DNA of 64,000 nt from an uncultured archaeon (GTDB lineage Archaea; Aenigmatarchaeota; Aenigmatarchaeia; PWEA01; JAGHBM01): positions 211,882 to 275,881 of the forward strand of contig CAZOZN010000001.1 of NCBI GenBank assembly GCA_964584335.1. Direction: 5' to 3'. The first letter of the stretch is position 1, and every line of letters begins with the position of its first letter. The notes under the pieces are model-generated. The model was not told where the DNA came from. It saw only the letters and a list, made by a program, of their open reading frames with translations, and ran no database searches. Positions 9,138-19,173 of this stretch are shown piece after piece. A program made the position numbers and the translations under genes.

Positions 9138-9625
9138 TGAAAAAAGCTCTAATTGTAATTGATGTACAGAAATATTTTATTGATGAAAATACAAAAGAAA
9201 TTCCTTTAAAAATTGCTGAGTATATAAAAAATGAAAGAGATATGTTTGATTTTGTTATATTTCAAAAATTTGTAAACAATGAAAATACTCCATTCTATAA
9301 ACTATTTAATTGGAAAGACATGATGGGTTCACCGGAAACTGATTTTTGTGATGAAATAGAAGAAATAAATCATAAACTTTTTGAAAGATCTACTCGTTCA
9401 TGTCTAAGAAATGATGAATTTAAAAGATTTTTAGAAGAGAATGAAGTAAATGAAGTTTTTTTGTGCGGTTTTAACACAGACGAATGTGTTATTTCAACAG
9501 CTTTTGATGCTTGTGATTTGGGTTATAGAATAAATGTAATAGAAAGATTATGTGCAACTTATAACGGAAAAGAATATCATGAAGCTGCAATAAAACTTTT
9601 AAGAGAACAATTTGAGGTAATTTAG
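9134..9625 (+). CDS. Isochorismatase / cysteine hydrolase family
   Basis: ALIVIDVQKYF, CGFNTDECV.STAFDA. Confidence 0.88.
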   Translation: MMKKALIVIDVQKYFIDENTKEIPLKIAEYIKNERDMFDFVIFQKFVNNENTPFYKLFNWKDMMGSPETDFCDEIEEINHKLFERSTRSCLRNDEFKRFLEENEVNEVFLCGFNTDECVISTAFDACDLGYRINVIERLCATYNGKEYHEAAIKLLREQFEVI

Positions 9626-10261
9626 ATGAAGTGCCTTTTCTGCCAGATTGTAAACGAAATTGTGGAGTCGGAGAGAATCTACGAGGACGGGACAAACCTG
9701 GCTTTTCTTGACGCCAACCCAAGCTCCAAGGGGCATACGGTTGTAATACCTAAGAAACACGTTGAGAATATAATCGAGCTCAGTGAGTACGAGCTGACCA
9801 ATCTCTTCAAGGCCGTACAGAAAGTTACAAAATTGCTTCAGGAGAAACTAAAGCCCGATGGCTTCAACATAGGAATAAATCACGGTCACGTTGCTGGTGC
9901 AAGAATACCTCACGTCCACGTCCACATAATACCAAGATACGAGGGAGATGGCGGAGGAATGATTCAGATGGTTGTGAAAAAACCGCCTGAGAAAGATTTA
10001 AAAGATATAGCATCCATTATTACAGAAGGAATGGAAGTTCCCGACTACATAAAAATGCAGTTAAAGCACACAGAGGGCGAAGAAGAGGAGGAAGAGATAA
10101 TAAAAGAAAAGCCCAAGTCAAAAAAAGAGATAATGTTAGAGGAACAGGAAGCAGAGCTTTTCCCCCGGAAAGAAGAGGAACAGGAAGAGGAGGAGGAAGA
10201 CGAAGAAGAGGAAATGGATATCTACGAGAAAATGCTTAAAAGAATGAGAATTCCAAACTAG
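9626..10261 (+). CDS. HIT family hydrolase with acidic C-terminal extension
   Basis: CLFCQI, GHTVVIPKKH, HVHVHIIPR. Confidence 0.92.
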   Translation: MKCLFCQIVNEIVESERIYEDGTNLAFLDANPSSKGHTVVIPKKHVENIIELSEYELTNLFKAVQKVTKLLQEKLKPDGFNIGINHGHVAGARIPHVHVHIIPRYEGDGGGMIQMVVKKPPEKDLKDIASIITEGMEVPDYIKMQLKHTEGEEEEEEIIKEKPKSKKEIMLEEQEAELFPRKEEEQEEEEEDEEEEMDIYEKMLKRMRIPN

Positions 10262-10315
10262 CAAGCAAGGATATATAACCAACAAGGACGCACACAAAGT
10301 ATGCGTCATTCAAAA

Positions 10316-10434
10316 GCGCCGATGGTCCAATGGCTAAGACTCTGGCCTTCCAAGGAAACTTTTAGAAAAAGTTTCATCAAAAGTTTTCCAGAAGACAGCC
10401 AGCTATCTGGGTTCGAGTCCCAGTCGGCGCACCA
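10316..10434 (+). tRNA. tRNA-Gly(UCC) with 44-nt intron at 37/38 (10353-10396)
   Basis: GCGCCGA...TCGGCGC-A-CCA, CTGGC-CTTCCA|A-GCCAG, CTGGG-TTCGAGT-CCCAG; BHB-like CTTC/GAAG helix with CAA and ACA bulges. Confidence 0.93.
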
Positions 10435-10457
10435 ACACTCAATTCAAACACTCTTTA

Positions 10458-11735
10458 TTATAATAAATTACTTCTTATTTTATCGAGACTTTTTTTTATA
10501 TTTTCTTTTTTATCGTAGGAAAGAAGAGCATCCCTAATTTCGGGATTTTTATGTTTCCAATCAGGTCTCTCATTAATAAAATCCAATTCTTTTTTTTCTT
10601 CGATATAATCATAAATTTGTGTTCCATAATAGGGTGTAATAAAAGGTGTAAACCTGACAGAGGCATCTCTTTCTACGCATTTAATTGCCATGTCTATGTT
10701 TTTAATTATATCACTCTTTGAATCTCTTGGAGAACATAAAGTAAAAGATACTTTGGGTATGATTTCATTTTCTTTGCATATTTCTATTGATTTAAGAGTT
10801 TGTTCTGGTCTTATACCCTTTCTATAAAAATCCAAGGTAGAAATTGATCCAGATTCACCGCCCATAAAAATATGGCTGAAACCTGCCTTGCTCATTTTTT
10901 TAATTGTTTTTGGGTTTTCAGAAATATCATCTACTCTTGCTTCGACTTCGAATGTGCAGTTTTTATTTAGTCCATTTTTTATGATTAAATCCGACAGTTT
11001 GTCAACTCTCTTTGGATTTTGCATAAAATTTTCATCTGTGAAATTGACATGATTTACTTTGTATTTCTTATTTATGATTTTTAGTTCATCAACTACTTTT
11101 TTTTCATTTCTTTCCCTGTACCTTTTAAAAATAGGTTTAATGCTGCAAAAGTTGCAATTATGACCGCATCCCCTGGAAGTGGAAATGCCTCCTATATCGT
11201 AATCTGAAGGAGGAGCTAAGTGGAAAGCCGGTAAAGGCAAAGAGTCTATATTATCAATTAAATATGAATTATAAATTATTTTTCCTTTTCTCCTTTCTAT
11301 TTTGCCGTTTTTTGAGTATTCTTTATTTCCTGTTAAACTATTAATTATATCCAGGTTAGCGTATTCTCCTTCTCCCCTTACAATAAAATCAACAAAATCT
11401 TCCTTAAGAAATAATTCTGGTTTCGTTGTAGGTGTATTACCTCCCACTATTATTTTAGTCTCTGGGCACTCTTCCTTTACTTTTTCGCATATTTTTTTGC
11501 CGGAATATATAGTAGGGTCTCTTATAGTAACTCCAACTGCCAAAGCAGAATCTAAATCGTTTAATACTTTTTTTTCTTCTGTTAGTTCGAGGTCAAATAT
11601 CTCGACATCATAACCATTATTTTCCAAGACAGATGCTATATAAGTAAGTCCTACAGGAGGATGTGTTACCTTTTCTCCGCCTTCCCAACTTGCCTCTTTG
11701 TACATTTTAGGGCTTATTAGTTTGATTTTTTCCAT
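10458..11735 (-). CDS. Cobalamin-binding radical SAM enzyme (class B methyltransferase-like)
   Basis: PPVGLTYIASVL B12 domain, IVRGEGE, TSRGCGHNCNFC, FTDENF, GGESG. Confidence 0.9.
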   Translation of the reverse strand: MEKIKLISPKMYKEASWEGGEKVTHPPVGLTYIASVLENNGYDVEIFDLELTEEKKVLNDLDSALAVGVTIRDPTIYSGKKICEKVKEECPETKIIVGGNTPTTKPELFLKEDFVDFIVRGEGEYANLDIINSLTGNKEYSKNGKIERRKGKIIYNSYLIDNIDSLPLPAFHLAPPSDYDIGGISTSRGCGHNCNFCSIKPIFKRYRERNEKKVVDELKIINKKYKVNHVNFTDENFMQNPKRVDKLSDLIIKNGLNKNCTFEVEARVDDISENPKTIKKMSKAGFSHIFMGGESGSISTLDFYRKGIRPEQTLKSIEICKENEIIPKVSFTLCSPRDSKSDIIKNIDMAIKCVERDASVRFTPFITPYYGTQIYDYIEEKKELDFINERPDWKHKNPEIRDALLSYDKKENIKKSLDKIRSNLL

Positions 11736-11779
11736 ATTATTCCTAAAACGTTAAATCATTTAAGTCAGATGTCAAAATC

Positions 11780-11797
11780 TTTATATATTTATAAAAC
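11780..11797. promoter_or_regulatory. Putative divergent TATA promoter region
   Basis: TTTATATATTTATAAA between the divergent B12-rSAM gene and the peptide ORF; GGTGA SD at 11810-11814. Confidence 0.45.
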
Positions 11798-11818
11798 TAT
11801 TAAGGAATTGGTGAAAAA

Positions 11819-11932
11819 ATGGGTTTAAAGTTATTGAATGAAAAAAAATCATTTGAAAAAGGAAAAGAAAAAATAGATTTTTTGCTCCACAACAAAAAAT
11901 CTTGGATAAACAGTTATATGTGCAGTGCTTAA
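11819..11932 (+). CDS. 37-aa peptide, candidate RiPP precursor (MGLKLLNEKKSFEKGKEKIDFLLHNKKSWINSYMCSA)
   Basis: Manual translation; GGTGA SD; first gene of the amidohydrolase-SPASM operon; charged leader-like N-terminus and W/Y/C-containing C-terminus. Confidence 0.6.
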   Translation: MGLKLLNEKKSFEKGKEKIDFLLHNKKSWINSYMCSA

Positions 11933-11970
11933 ATTTAGCTGTTTAAATAATTTAGTTTTTTAATAAGTTT

Positions 11971-12837
11971 ATGATTGTTGATTCTCATTCACATGTGGGC
12001 AGCGATATTTTTACTAAGAGAACTCCTGAATTTAGAAATATAGTTCCCTACGAGCAAAGTTTTAAACAATTATTATCAAAAATTAGTAATTCTCCTGTAG
12101 ATAAAGCAATTGTATATCCCTTTCCCTCTCCTCTTGGTCAGTTTGGAGAGGATGATTTTTGGTTCAAGAAAGAAAACTGTACATTGTTTGATAATGTTAA
12201 AAAAGAAAAAAATATTTATTTTTTCCCTACTTTCAATCCTAATGACAAAAAAAGTGTTGATTATGCAGTTAAGCTGGTTGAAGATAATAAATTAAAAGGA
12301 TTAAAACTTCATACAAGGTCAACACAGTTTGAACCGAGTAAAATGAATGAAAATATTCTAAAAGTTTTAAGAGAGAATGACATACCATTGGTTATTCATA
12401 CGGGAACAGGTAAAGAAGAAGAACTTACAGAAAAAGGTATGGATATTTCAATCAACTCTTTGTATAATTTGGCTTTTGATAATTCTGATGTGCGTTTTGT
12501 TTTTGCCCATCTTGGAAGATTACATAAAAATCTGGAAAAATCATTGGACCTTGATAACGTGGTTACAGATACTGCTGGAATGTCTTTATATAAAAAACAT
12601 AAGGATTTCGTTCTGGCAAAGGAATACAATCAGGAGTTTTTTGACAAGGATATAAAAGAAATAATTTCATACCTTGTTGAAGAGGGATACGAGGATAAGA
12701 TACTTTGGGGTAGCGATCAACCCTTTTCAATGGGTTATAATGAAGAAATATCTTACGTGAGAGATAACCCGAATATAAACAGAAACGCAAAGGAAAAAAT
12801 ACTTTACAAGAATTCTGTTAAATGGTTTAAAATATGA
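11971..12837 (+). CDS. Amidohydrolase (Amidohydro_2-type TIM barrel)
   Basis: IVDSHSHVG, GLKLH, IHTG, FAHLG, WGSD metal-binding motifs. Confidence 0.88.
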   Translation: MIVDSHSHVGSDIFTKRTPEFRNIVPYEQSFKQLLSKISNSPVDKAIVYPFPSPLGQFGEDDFWFKKENCTLFDNVKKEKNIYFFPTFNPNDKKSVDYAVKLVEDNKLKGLKLHTRSTQFEPSKMNENILKVLRENDIPLVIHTGTGKEEELTEKGMDISINSLYNLAFDNSDVRFVFAHLGRLHKNLEKSLDLDNVVTDTAGMSLYKKHKDFVLAKEYNQEFFDKDIKEIISYLVEEGYEDKILWGSDQPFSMGYNEEISYVRDNPNINRNAKEKILYKNSVKWFKI

Positions 12838-12849
12838 ATTTATTTAAAG

Positions 12850-13968
12850 GTGGCATACTATTCTATTCTCATGATTGAAAGCAGATTGGAGGATAATTTA
12901 ATAGTATCTGTAAATCCAACAGAGGATTGTAATCTTTCTTGTAAATATTGTAGAGTGCCGAAAGACGTTAAGACTAATGTTATGTCAAAAGAAACTTTGA
13001 AAAATCTTTATAATGAAATTTCTAAAGAAAAAATAAAGAACAAGTATATAATATGGCACGGGGGCGAACCGACTTTAGTTGGAGAAGAATTTTATTCCCT
13101 TGTCGCTGATTTGCAGAAAGATATTGATAATATAAGGAATGGTATTCAAACCAATGGCACTCTTTTGACAGAGGGTTTAATAGAAATATTCAAAAATAAT
13201 GAATTTAGAATTGGAATAAGCCTTGACGGACCGAAGGAAATTCATGATTCAAAAAGAATTTACAAGGATGGTTCAGGTTCATTTGAAAAAGTCATGAATG
13301 GTATAAGGCTTTTAAGAGAATATGGTGCTGATTTTGCTGTTTTGAGCCTTTTAACCAATGACAGCATAGCTCATTTAAAAGAAATATATGATACCGTAAG
13401 AAAAACGGGCGCAAACGGTGCTAAATTTGAAGTTTTTTTCCCAGGCGGAAAAGGCAAGAAATACAGGGATAAATTTTATGTTAAACCTGAAGATTATACA
13501 AAGTCTATGATAAAACTTTATGATATGTGGATTCATGAGGATAATAGGAAAGATTTCAGGGTAGACCCGCTAGATAAGATTGTTGAAAGTTTCTTCAGTG
13601 GTCATAGCAGAGCATGTGATTATGCCGGAGCTTGTGGTACCAATTTCCTTTCAATTGATTCAAATGGTGATATATATGTTTGCGGTAGATTCGTCGGTGT
13701 TAAAGAATTTAGGATAGGTAATATAAACAAAAATACTTTGAGGGAAGCATTAGATCATGAAGTTTGCCAAGAAATGGTTAAAAGAAGAATTGAGGCAAGA
13801 AAAAGATGTATCGATAATAATTGCAAATACGTTGATGTTTGTAACGGTGGTTGTGCTTACGAGTCTTTTACGTTCCATAATGATTTATGCCATATAACTC
13901 CTTATTGTAATTCAAGGAAAGAAATTTTTGATTACATTTACAATGATTTGAAAAATCAAGGTTTTTAA
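12850..13968 (+). CDS. Radical SAM/SPASM-domain maturase (anSME-like)
   Basis: PTEDCNLSCKYC, WHGGEP, QTNG, ISLDG, SPASM C...C...GDIYVC...C...C.....CNGGC...PYC. Confidence 0.92.
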   Translation: MAYYSILMIESRLEDNLIVSVNPTEDCNLSCKYCRVPKDVKTNVMSKETLKNLYNEISKEKIKNKYIIWHGGEPTLVGEEFYSLVADLQKDIDNIRNGIQTNGTLLTEGLIEIFKNNEFRIGISLDGPKEIHDSKRIYKDGSGSFEKVMNGIRLLREYGADFAVLSLLTNDSIAHLKEIYDTVRKTGANGAKFEVFFPGGKGKKYRDKFYVKPEDYTKSMIKLYDMWIHEDNRKDFRVDPLDKIVESFFSGHSRACDYAGACGTNFLSIDSNGDIYVCGRFVGVKEFRIGNINKNTLREALDHEVCQEMVKRRIEARKRCIDNNCKYVDVCNGGCAYESFTFHNDLCHITPYCNSRKEIFDYIYNDLKNQGF

Positions 13969-14061
13969 TATTGAATTTTCAATCAAATCCTCTTAGAAAT
14001 TTGTGCTTCCTGAAGCTGTTGAATATGCAAAAAGAAGCTCGGAGAAATAAAGGGTAAGTAA

Positions 14062-14802
14062 ATGAAAAAAGAAAAAGTTAATTTCAGTAATTCGAGAGGA
14101 TTAAATATTGTCGGTGTTTTTCATTTTCCTGATAATAAAACTAATAAAGTTATTGTAATTTCTCATGGTTTTACATCAAATAAAGATAGAATCAGAACTG
14201 TACGTACAGCAGAAAAATTATCGGAAGAAGGTTTCGCTGCCTTGAGGTTTGATTCTTGCGGTTCAGGGGAAAGCGATTTTGATTCCGTAACAGTTAAAAA
14301 ATATTTGGACGATTTGGAATCTGCAATCGATTTTGTAAAGAGTAGGGGTTACAGGAAAATAGGTCTTGTTGGTGAGAGTCTTGGCGGTCTTACTTCCATT
14401 CTTGCCTACAATAAAGAAATAAAATTTATGGTTTTGGAAGCTCCCGTTACTAAGGCTAAGAAGCCTGGTTTTGTTGAAGATAAGGCCATGGAAAGACAAA
14501 TCAGAGATAGTGGGTTTGCTTTGTACAAAAAAGACGGTAGAGATTTTAAGATAGAAGGCAAATATCTCAAAGAAAGAGAAAATGTTAATCAAAAAGAAAT
14601 ACTTTCAAGAATAGAATGTCCGGTTCTTATAATACACGGTGATAAAGATAAAACAATCCCTTTGGAACACTCCAAGGAAGCATTGAACTATATACAAAAA
14701 TCAAGACTTGAAATAGTAAAAGGCGCTGACCATAAATTTAGCGGCTATGAAAAAGAACTTGTTGATATTTGTTCTAAGTGGGTAAAAGAAAATTTCAATT
14801 AA
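14062..14802 (+). CDS. Alpha/beta-hydrolase (S9 peptidase/esterase-like)
   Basis: HGF, GESLGG nucleophile elbow, IHGDKD, GADH. Confidence 0.88.
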   Translation: MKKEKVNFSNSRGLNIVGVFHFPDNKTNKVIVISHGFTSNKDRIRTVRTAEKLSEEGFAALRFDSCGSGESDFDSVTVKKYLDDLESAIDFVKSRGYRKIGLVGESLGGLTSILAYNKEIKFMVLEAPVTKAKKPGFVEDKAMERQIRDSGFALYKKDGRDFKIEGKYLKERENVNQKEILSRIECPVLIIHGDKDKTIPLEHSKEALNYIQKSRLEIVKGADHKFSGYEKELVDICSKWVKENFN

Positions 14803-14991
14803 AATATTGAAGATTGTTTATAAAAACCTGAGATTATGGATTTTAGCCCCTTTCTGCATCCACAAGTTACGCAATTTTTAGGAGACGGTAACGCAGTGAA
14901 CACAGAAAGGTTTGACCATCTTTCTTCTTTTAACAATAATAAAATTTGTTACATTTCCCTTTTAAAAAGAATTATCAGTATTCTATGTGAA

Positions 14992-15606
14992 TCAGAACTT
15001 TATATCATCGTTTTTTTCGTGGACAAAATCCAGAAGGCTTTCTATTGAGAAGGAGTCGAACTCCATTTGTTTCATGTAAGAATCATTTATTTTTTTCAAT
15101 TTACCGTCGTTTAATAGATTTTTCAAGCCCAGTTCGTTTTCCATAAAATCCCTTATTTCATTTTCCGCTTTGTCTGCATCTCTTTTGTCCTCAACAGTAG
15201 TTTCGACTTCTATCAAGGGCAGTACGGGCAGGTCGTGCACTATCTTGTTTAGCAAGATTTCAAATTTGCCGTGTTTGTAGGTGTATTTTACCCTCGGTAT
15301 AATCATTTTTATCTCGAATCCTGATTTCAATAGCAAGTTGTATATCCCTTCCGGGTTGGTTATGTCTGATTCTATTTCTTTTTTTGCGCTATCCGGCAAG
15401 GTTTCCTTAAAGCTCAGAAACTTCCTGTTCTTTCTTAGCTTCAGTCTGAGATCAAAATTGTCTTTGTTTGGGTTAAAGAAGAATATTGTAACTTCTCTTT
15501 GGTTAAGTTTTACAGGTTCAAAAGAAGAATCTAGCTTTCCCTTAAAAGAATCAAAATCTTTTACAAGTGTTCTTACTTCAACTTCGTACATATATGGTAT
15601 TTGCAT
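14992..15606 (-). CDS. CYTH-domain protein (class IV adenylyl cyclase-like)
   Basis: EVEVR N-terminal motif, LRLK, IEVET. Confidence 0.7.
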   Translation of the reverse strand: MQIPYMYEVEVRTLVKDFDSFKGKLDSSFEPVKLNQREVTIFFFNPNKDNFDLRLKLRKNRKFLSFKETLPDSAKKEIESDITNPEGIYNLLLKSGFEIKMIIPRVKYTYKHGKFEILLNKIVHDLPVLPLIEVETTVEDKRDADKAENEIRDFMENELGLKNLLNDGKLKKINDSYMKQMEFDSFSIESLLDFVHEKNDDIKF

Positions 15607-15639
15607 GCAAAAGATATAAAATATTGTGCATTTGCTGAC

Positions 15640-15855
15640 TCAGCAACCTGTAAAGTAGTCTGTTTTTCCGGTCTCGTCTTCCACAAAAACACCGTCCGAA
15701 GGGCATTCATATTTTATTTTGTTCAGGCTTACCATGCTGTAAGGTATTCCGTTGTAACCGGTCTCAAGCCTGAATCCGCTATCAATTATCTTTGCATTTA
15801 CCTCTTCCCCACATCTGGGACAAACTCTTGTTCCATTATTACCTCTACTAACCAT
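15640..15855 (-). CDS. Small zinc-finger-like protein
   Basis: CPRCG...CPSDG; GAGGTGA SD upstream. Confidence 0.5.
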   Translation of the reverse strand: MVSRGNNGTRVCPRCGEEVNAKIIDSGFRLETGYNGIPYSMVSLNKIKYECPSDGVFVEDETGKTDYFTGC

Positions 15856-16424
15856 CTAATCACCTCTAAATAAGTTTAATTTGTTTGCGGTTTTTTCTAA
15901 ACCGTTTAATCCTTGGGGTAAGGCTTTAACCAAATAAAGTCATAGTAAACTGTGGTTCCTCCCGGACCCACGTTGTGTTTTTCTAGGATATAATCCCTGT
16001 CTTTAATCCCCACATAATTGTTTTTCTCCATATCTTTCACCAAGTAATAATACTGTAAGGATTGCATATATTTCGAACGTTCATTTTGACGAATATATTA
16101 CGTAATTTTACTGGAAAAAACATCTTAAACCGGAAATTTGTTTAAAATAGTTTTTTCGTAATATATCCGGTTTATAAATTATTTTATGTATAAAATACGG
16201 TATTTATGCTAATTATTAGTGATTTATTTTAAATTGACCCTTGTGTATTGTTATATTGGTGGTAAAGTGACCAAAAAATTAAACAAAATAAAGCCAAGAA
16301 GTGTTTTAGCTTTTGGTTGTCCAATTAGAGAAGAAAATACAAAATATCTTGTTGTTTTTTGCCACTATTGCGGATTAAGAAAAGGAATTTTAAGGGAATT
16401 TGAAAAATTTTGGAGGTCTTTAGA

Positions 16425-16895
16425 ATGATACTAAAAAAATTTTTGAAGTCTGCCGGAAGAAAGCTGATTTACTTCAACCCAAACATAGATATAGAAAGGA
16501 CCGGATGGTATGGTTTGTATAAATTTCTTTATGATGAAGATGACCAGGAAGAAGAAGGTTTTTTTGAAAAATATGGTCATTATCTAACATTTCCCATGGG
16601 ACCTACCAGAACTCCATGGGAGGCTTATATTGAAAAAAATAAGGAGGTGGTGCAGATGAGAAAAATAGAAGGAGATATACCGGGAGGAGTTGAATGCTTC
16701 TTTCCTGAAGATGAGAAATTTTATGTGTGTGCTGAAATATACGGAAAGAGACACAAAGAGGTACCCGAAGCCAGGGGAGAGATTTACAAAACAGAGGATA
16801 ATATTAAAAAGCAGCAGGAGATTCATGAATACAAATCTCATGACTTGCACAAGTACGGAATTCCAAAAGGCGTTACAGTTCATGGCCTAAAGTGA
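16425..16895 (+). CDS. Hypothetical protein
   Basis: ORF with plausible composition, no recognised motif. Confidence 0.5.
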   Translation: MILKKFLKSAGRKLIYFNPNIDIERTGWYGLYKFLYDEDDQEEEGFFEKYGHYLTFPMGPTRTPWEAYIEKNKEVVQMRKIEGDIPGGVECFFPEDEKFYVCAEIYGKRHKEVPEARGEIYKTEDNIKKQQEIHEYKSHDLHKYGIPKGVTVHGLK

Positions 16896-17381
16896 CTTGC
16901 CAATCTTCTTGTCAAGGAGGAAGAACTGGTCTCCCACATCGAAAGTATCCTCTTTGACTGTGAAGAAACATATATGTGTAGATGTTATTCCGGAGCCACC
17001 CAGCTTCCATACTCTGTCTACGACTTCACTCCCTAAGTTTTCTATATTACTTGCTCTCATCTTTACCAGAAAATCCCATTCACCGGTAAGTAGATGAAGT
17101 TCACAAACATCCGGGAGGTTTGATATGGATTTTTCAAGCTGTTCAAGAGTCATTCCATGGGACTTGTCCGCTTTCATTAAAACAAATGCAGTTATAGGTT
17201 TTCCCAGCTTCTTAAAATCGGGAACAACTGTAAATTTCTTTATTATTCCGGAGTTCTTCATTTTCTTTATTCTGTCATAAACGGTGCTTCTAGGTAATCC
17301 AACCTTCTTGGATATCTTTTTTATGGACATTCTGGCATCTTCAGAAAGACATTTCAAAATCAAGAAATCTTTTTCATCCAT
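16887..17381 (-). CDS. Lrp/AsnC family transcriptional regulator
   Basis: MDEKD..IL..L..DAR.S...I....GL..STV..RI, LTGEWD. Confidence 0.93.
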   Translation of the reverse strand: MDEKDFLILKCLSEDARMSIKKISKKVGLPRSTVYDRIKKMKNSGIIKKFTVVPDFKKLGKPITAFVLMKADKSHGMTLEQLEKSISNLPDVCELHLLTGEWDFLVKMRASNIENLGSEVVDRVWKLGGSGITSTHICFFTVKEDTFDVGDQFFLLDKKIGKSL

Positions 17382-17815
17382 GGTTGTATATTATCCGAAC
17401 AATAATATAAAGCTTTGTCATAAATCCGGCTTATTTTCTTTATTATTAAATATATTAAAGATATACATAATAATACCAAATAATAATTGGTTGGTCCGTA
17501 ACCGGCTTAGGGAGATAATAATTCTTCTGATGATGCTTATTATGATATTTTGTCGTGGTGTGTATGAAGACAGTCTTAAAAACCAAAACTTTGGAGGACG
17601 AGCTTTTGGAGATTCAGAAAAAAATAGAAAACGAGCTTTTCAGGATAAGACAAAAAAAAGATTTCAGGGATTTTGATGAGAGATTTTTCAAAAATAAAAA
17701 AGATTGAACCGAAAGCTTAAACCAAAAGAAATGTTTTTAGACTCCTTTCTATTTACTGTGATTATTATTTTGTGTTTAAATCTTTTTGCAGCCTTAATAA
17801 TTTGGGGGTGAATGA

Positions 17816-18166
17816 ATGGCGAATACTATTGAGGATTTTATAGGTACTGCCACAGAAGAACAAAAAGATGTGCTTAGAAATATAAAAAGGCTTGGTGACC
17901 AGGAGCACAAGCTTGCTACGGAGATTAACAATATATACAATTCCATAGATAAGGGAGTTTATTCTCCTGATGGTTGTTCTATAGCTGTTTGCGAGGATGA
18001 GGACGATGCGAGAGTTATTTCCATGGGCCCAAGATATAAATTAAGCAAAGTTAGAGACGAGATAAAGGATTACATGGTAAAGGCAGTGGAACTTGATATG
18101 GATGAATTGGGTTTTATACAGAGAAATTACGAGCATTATGTTGGAGAGAAAATTCCGGAGAAATAA
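17816..18166 (+). CDS. Hypothetical protein
   Basis: GGGGGTGA SD, 116-aa ORF. Confidence 0.6.
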   Translation: MANTIEDFIGTATEEQKDVLRNIKRLGDQEHKLATEINNIYNSIDKGVYSPDGCSIAVCEDEDDARVISMGPRYKLSKVRDEIKDYMVKAVELDMDELGFIQRNYEHYVGEKIPEK

Positions 18167-18222
18167 TGTTCTGCCCAATTCACTGTGGTAATATTATAAG
18201 GCTGTATATAATTTAACTGAAT

Positions 18223-19134
18223 TCAGGGGAAGTCCGATAGCTTTTCGTTTATTTCCTCGGCTTCTTCCTGCTTGTGTTTTATTTTTGTGTCGTATACTGC
18301 CAGGTCTTGGTATAAAGCATCATAGTAGTTGCAGTTCCAGGCTATAAATTCCTCCGGACTCATTTCAGTCATTGATTCTGTTGTCTGTGAAAGTAATGTG
18401 TTTGCAAGGTCCTGTGTTGTAGACGTGGTTATGTCACTGAACTTGCTCGGGGGAGACTTTAGCATCAGGGCAGCGTCAATTATAAGCTTGTTTGTTACGT
18501 CGGCCAGCGCGTTGTGGCATCTTTTATAGTAATAAGGCAGCCAAACTTCCTGTATCTCCTGTTTTGATGCTATCATATCCTTAACTTCATCAGATATTTG
18601 TTTCTTTTCCGCTTCAAGTTCCGCTTTTTTTGCGTTTATTGAAACATGGTCTCTAACACATTTCCCGCTAACGCAAATTTTACCAAAACTATAACCGCCA
18701 AAATTTTCTTTCTGTTCTTGGCAGGGATAATCAAAGGTCTTTATGCATATGCCTTCTCTGGGATTGCATCCCTGTTTCCATCTCACGTTACCCACGCATA
18801 TGTCAGCGCATTCACTGTCATACTTGCATGTTTTGGTTACATCTTCCACCACTTCTATAATTTCTGTCGGGGTAGCTGAAGCTGCCCTTGCTTCGCAAGT
18901 CTTTCTTTGAGCCGAGTCTGTTATCCTCATGCATATAGAATTGTCTCCATTGCTTGCTGCAACAGCAGAATAACACACATCGGGATGTGTTGCCGCTTTG
19001 CATATTTCCGGATTTCCCATTGCGACTGCCTTTTCCTGTGTTGTCATCGAATCAGAAAGTGCTTCAAGTTCTACGCAGCCTGATGTTATTATTACAAGAG
19101 AGACCAAAGTTAGAAAAAAATAATTTTTAATCAT
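18223..19134 (-). CDS. Cys-rich lipoprotein
   Basis: Hydrophobic stretch plus SGC lipobox, multiple Cys pairs, coiled-coil C-terminus. Confidence 0.65.
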   Translation of the reverse strand: MIKNYFFLTLVSLVIITSGCVELEALSDSMTTQEKAVAMGNPEICKAATHPDVCYSAVAASNGDNSICMRITDSAQRKTCEARAASATPTEIIEVVEDVTKTCKYDSECADICVGNVRWKQGCNPREGICIKTFDYPCQEQKENFGGYSFGKICVSGKCVRDHVSINAKKAELEAEKKQISDEVKDMIASKQEIQEVWLPYYYKRCHNALADVTNKLIIDAALMLKSPPSKFSDITTSTTQDLANTLLSQTTESMTEMSPEEFIAWNCNYYDALYQDLAVYDTKIKHKQEEAEEINEKLSDFP

Positions 19135-19173
19135 AGGAAAATATTGATTGTTTAAAATAAATACATTTAGCAC

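Noticed and set aside
10301-10537. 78-aa ORF
   Set aside because: Spurious; it overlies tRNA-Gly
15860-16080. Possible small minus-strand gene upstream of the zinc-finger ORF
   Set aside because: The SD-led frame stops after 15 codons and the longer frame has no start; cannot be supported
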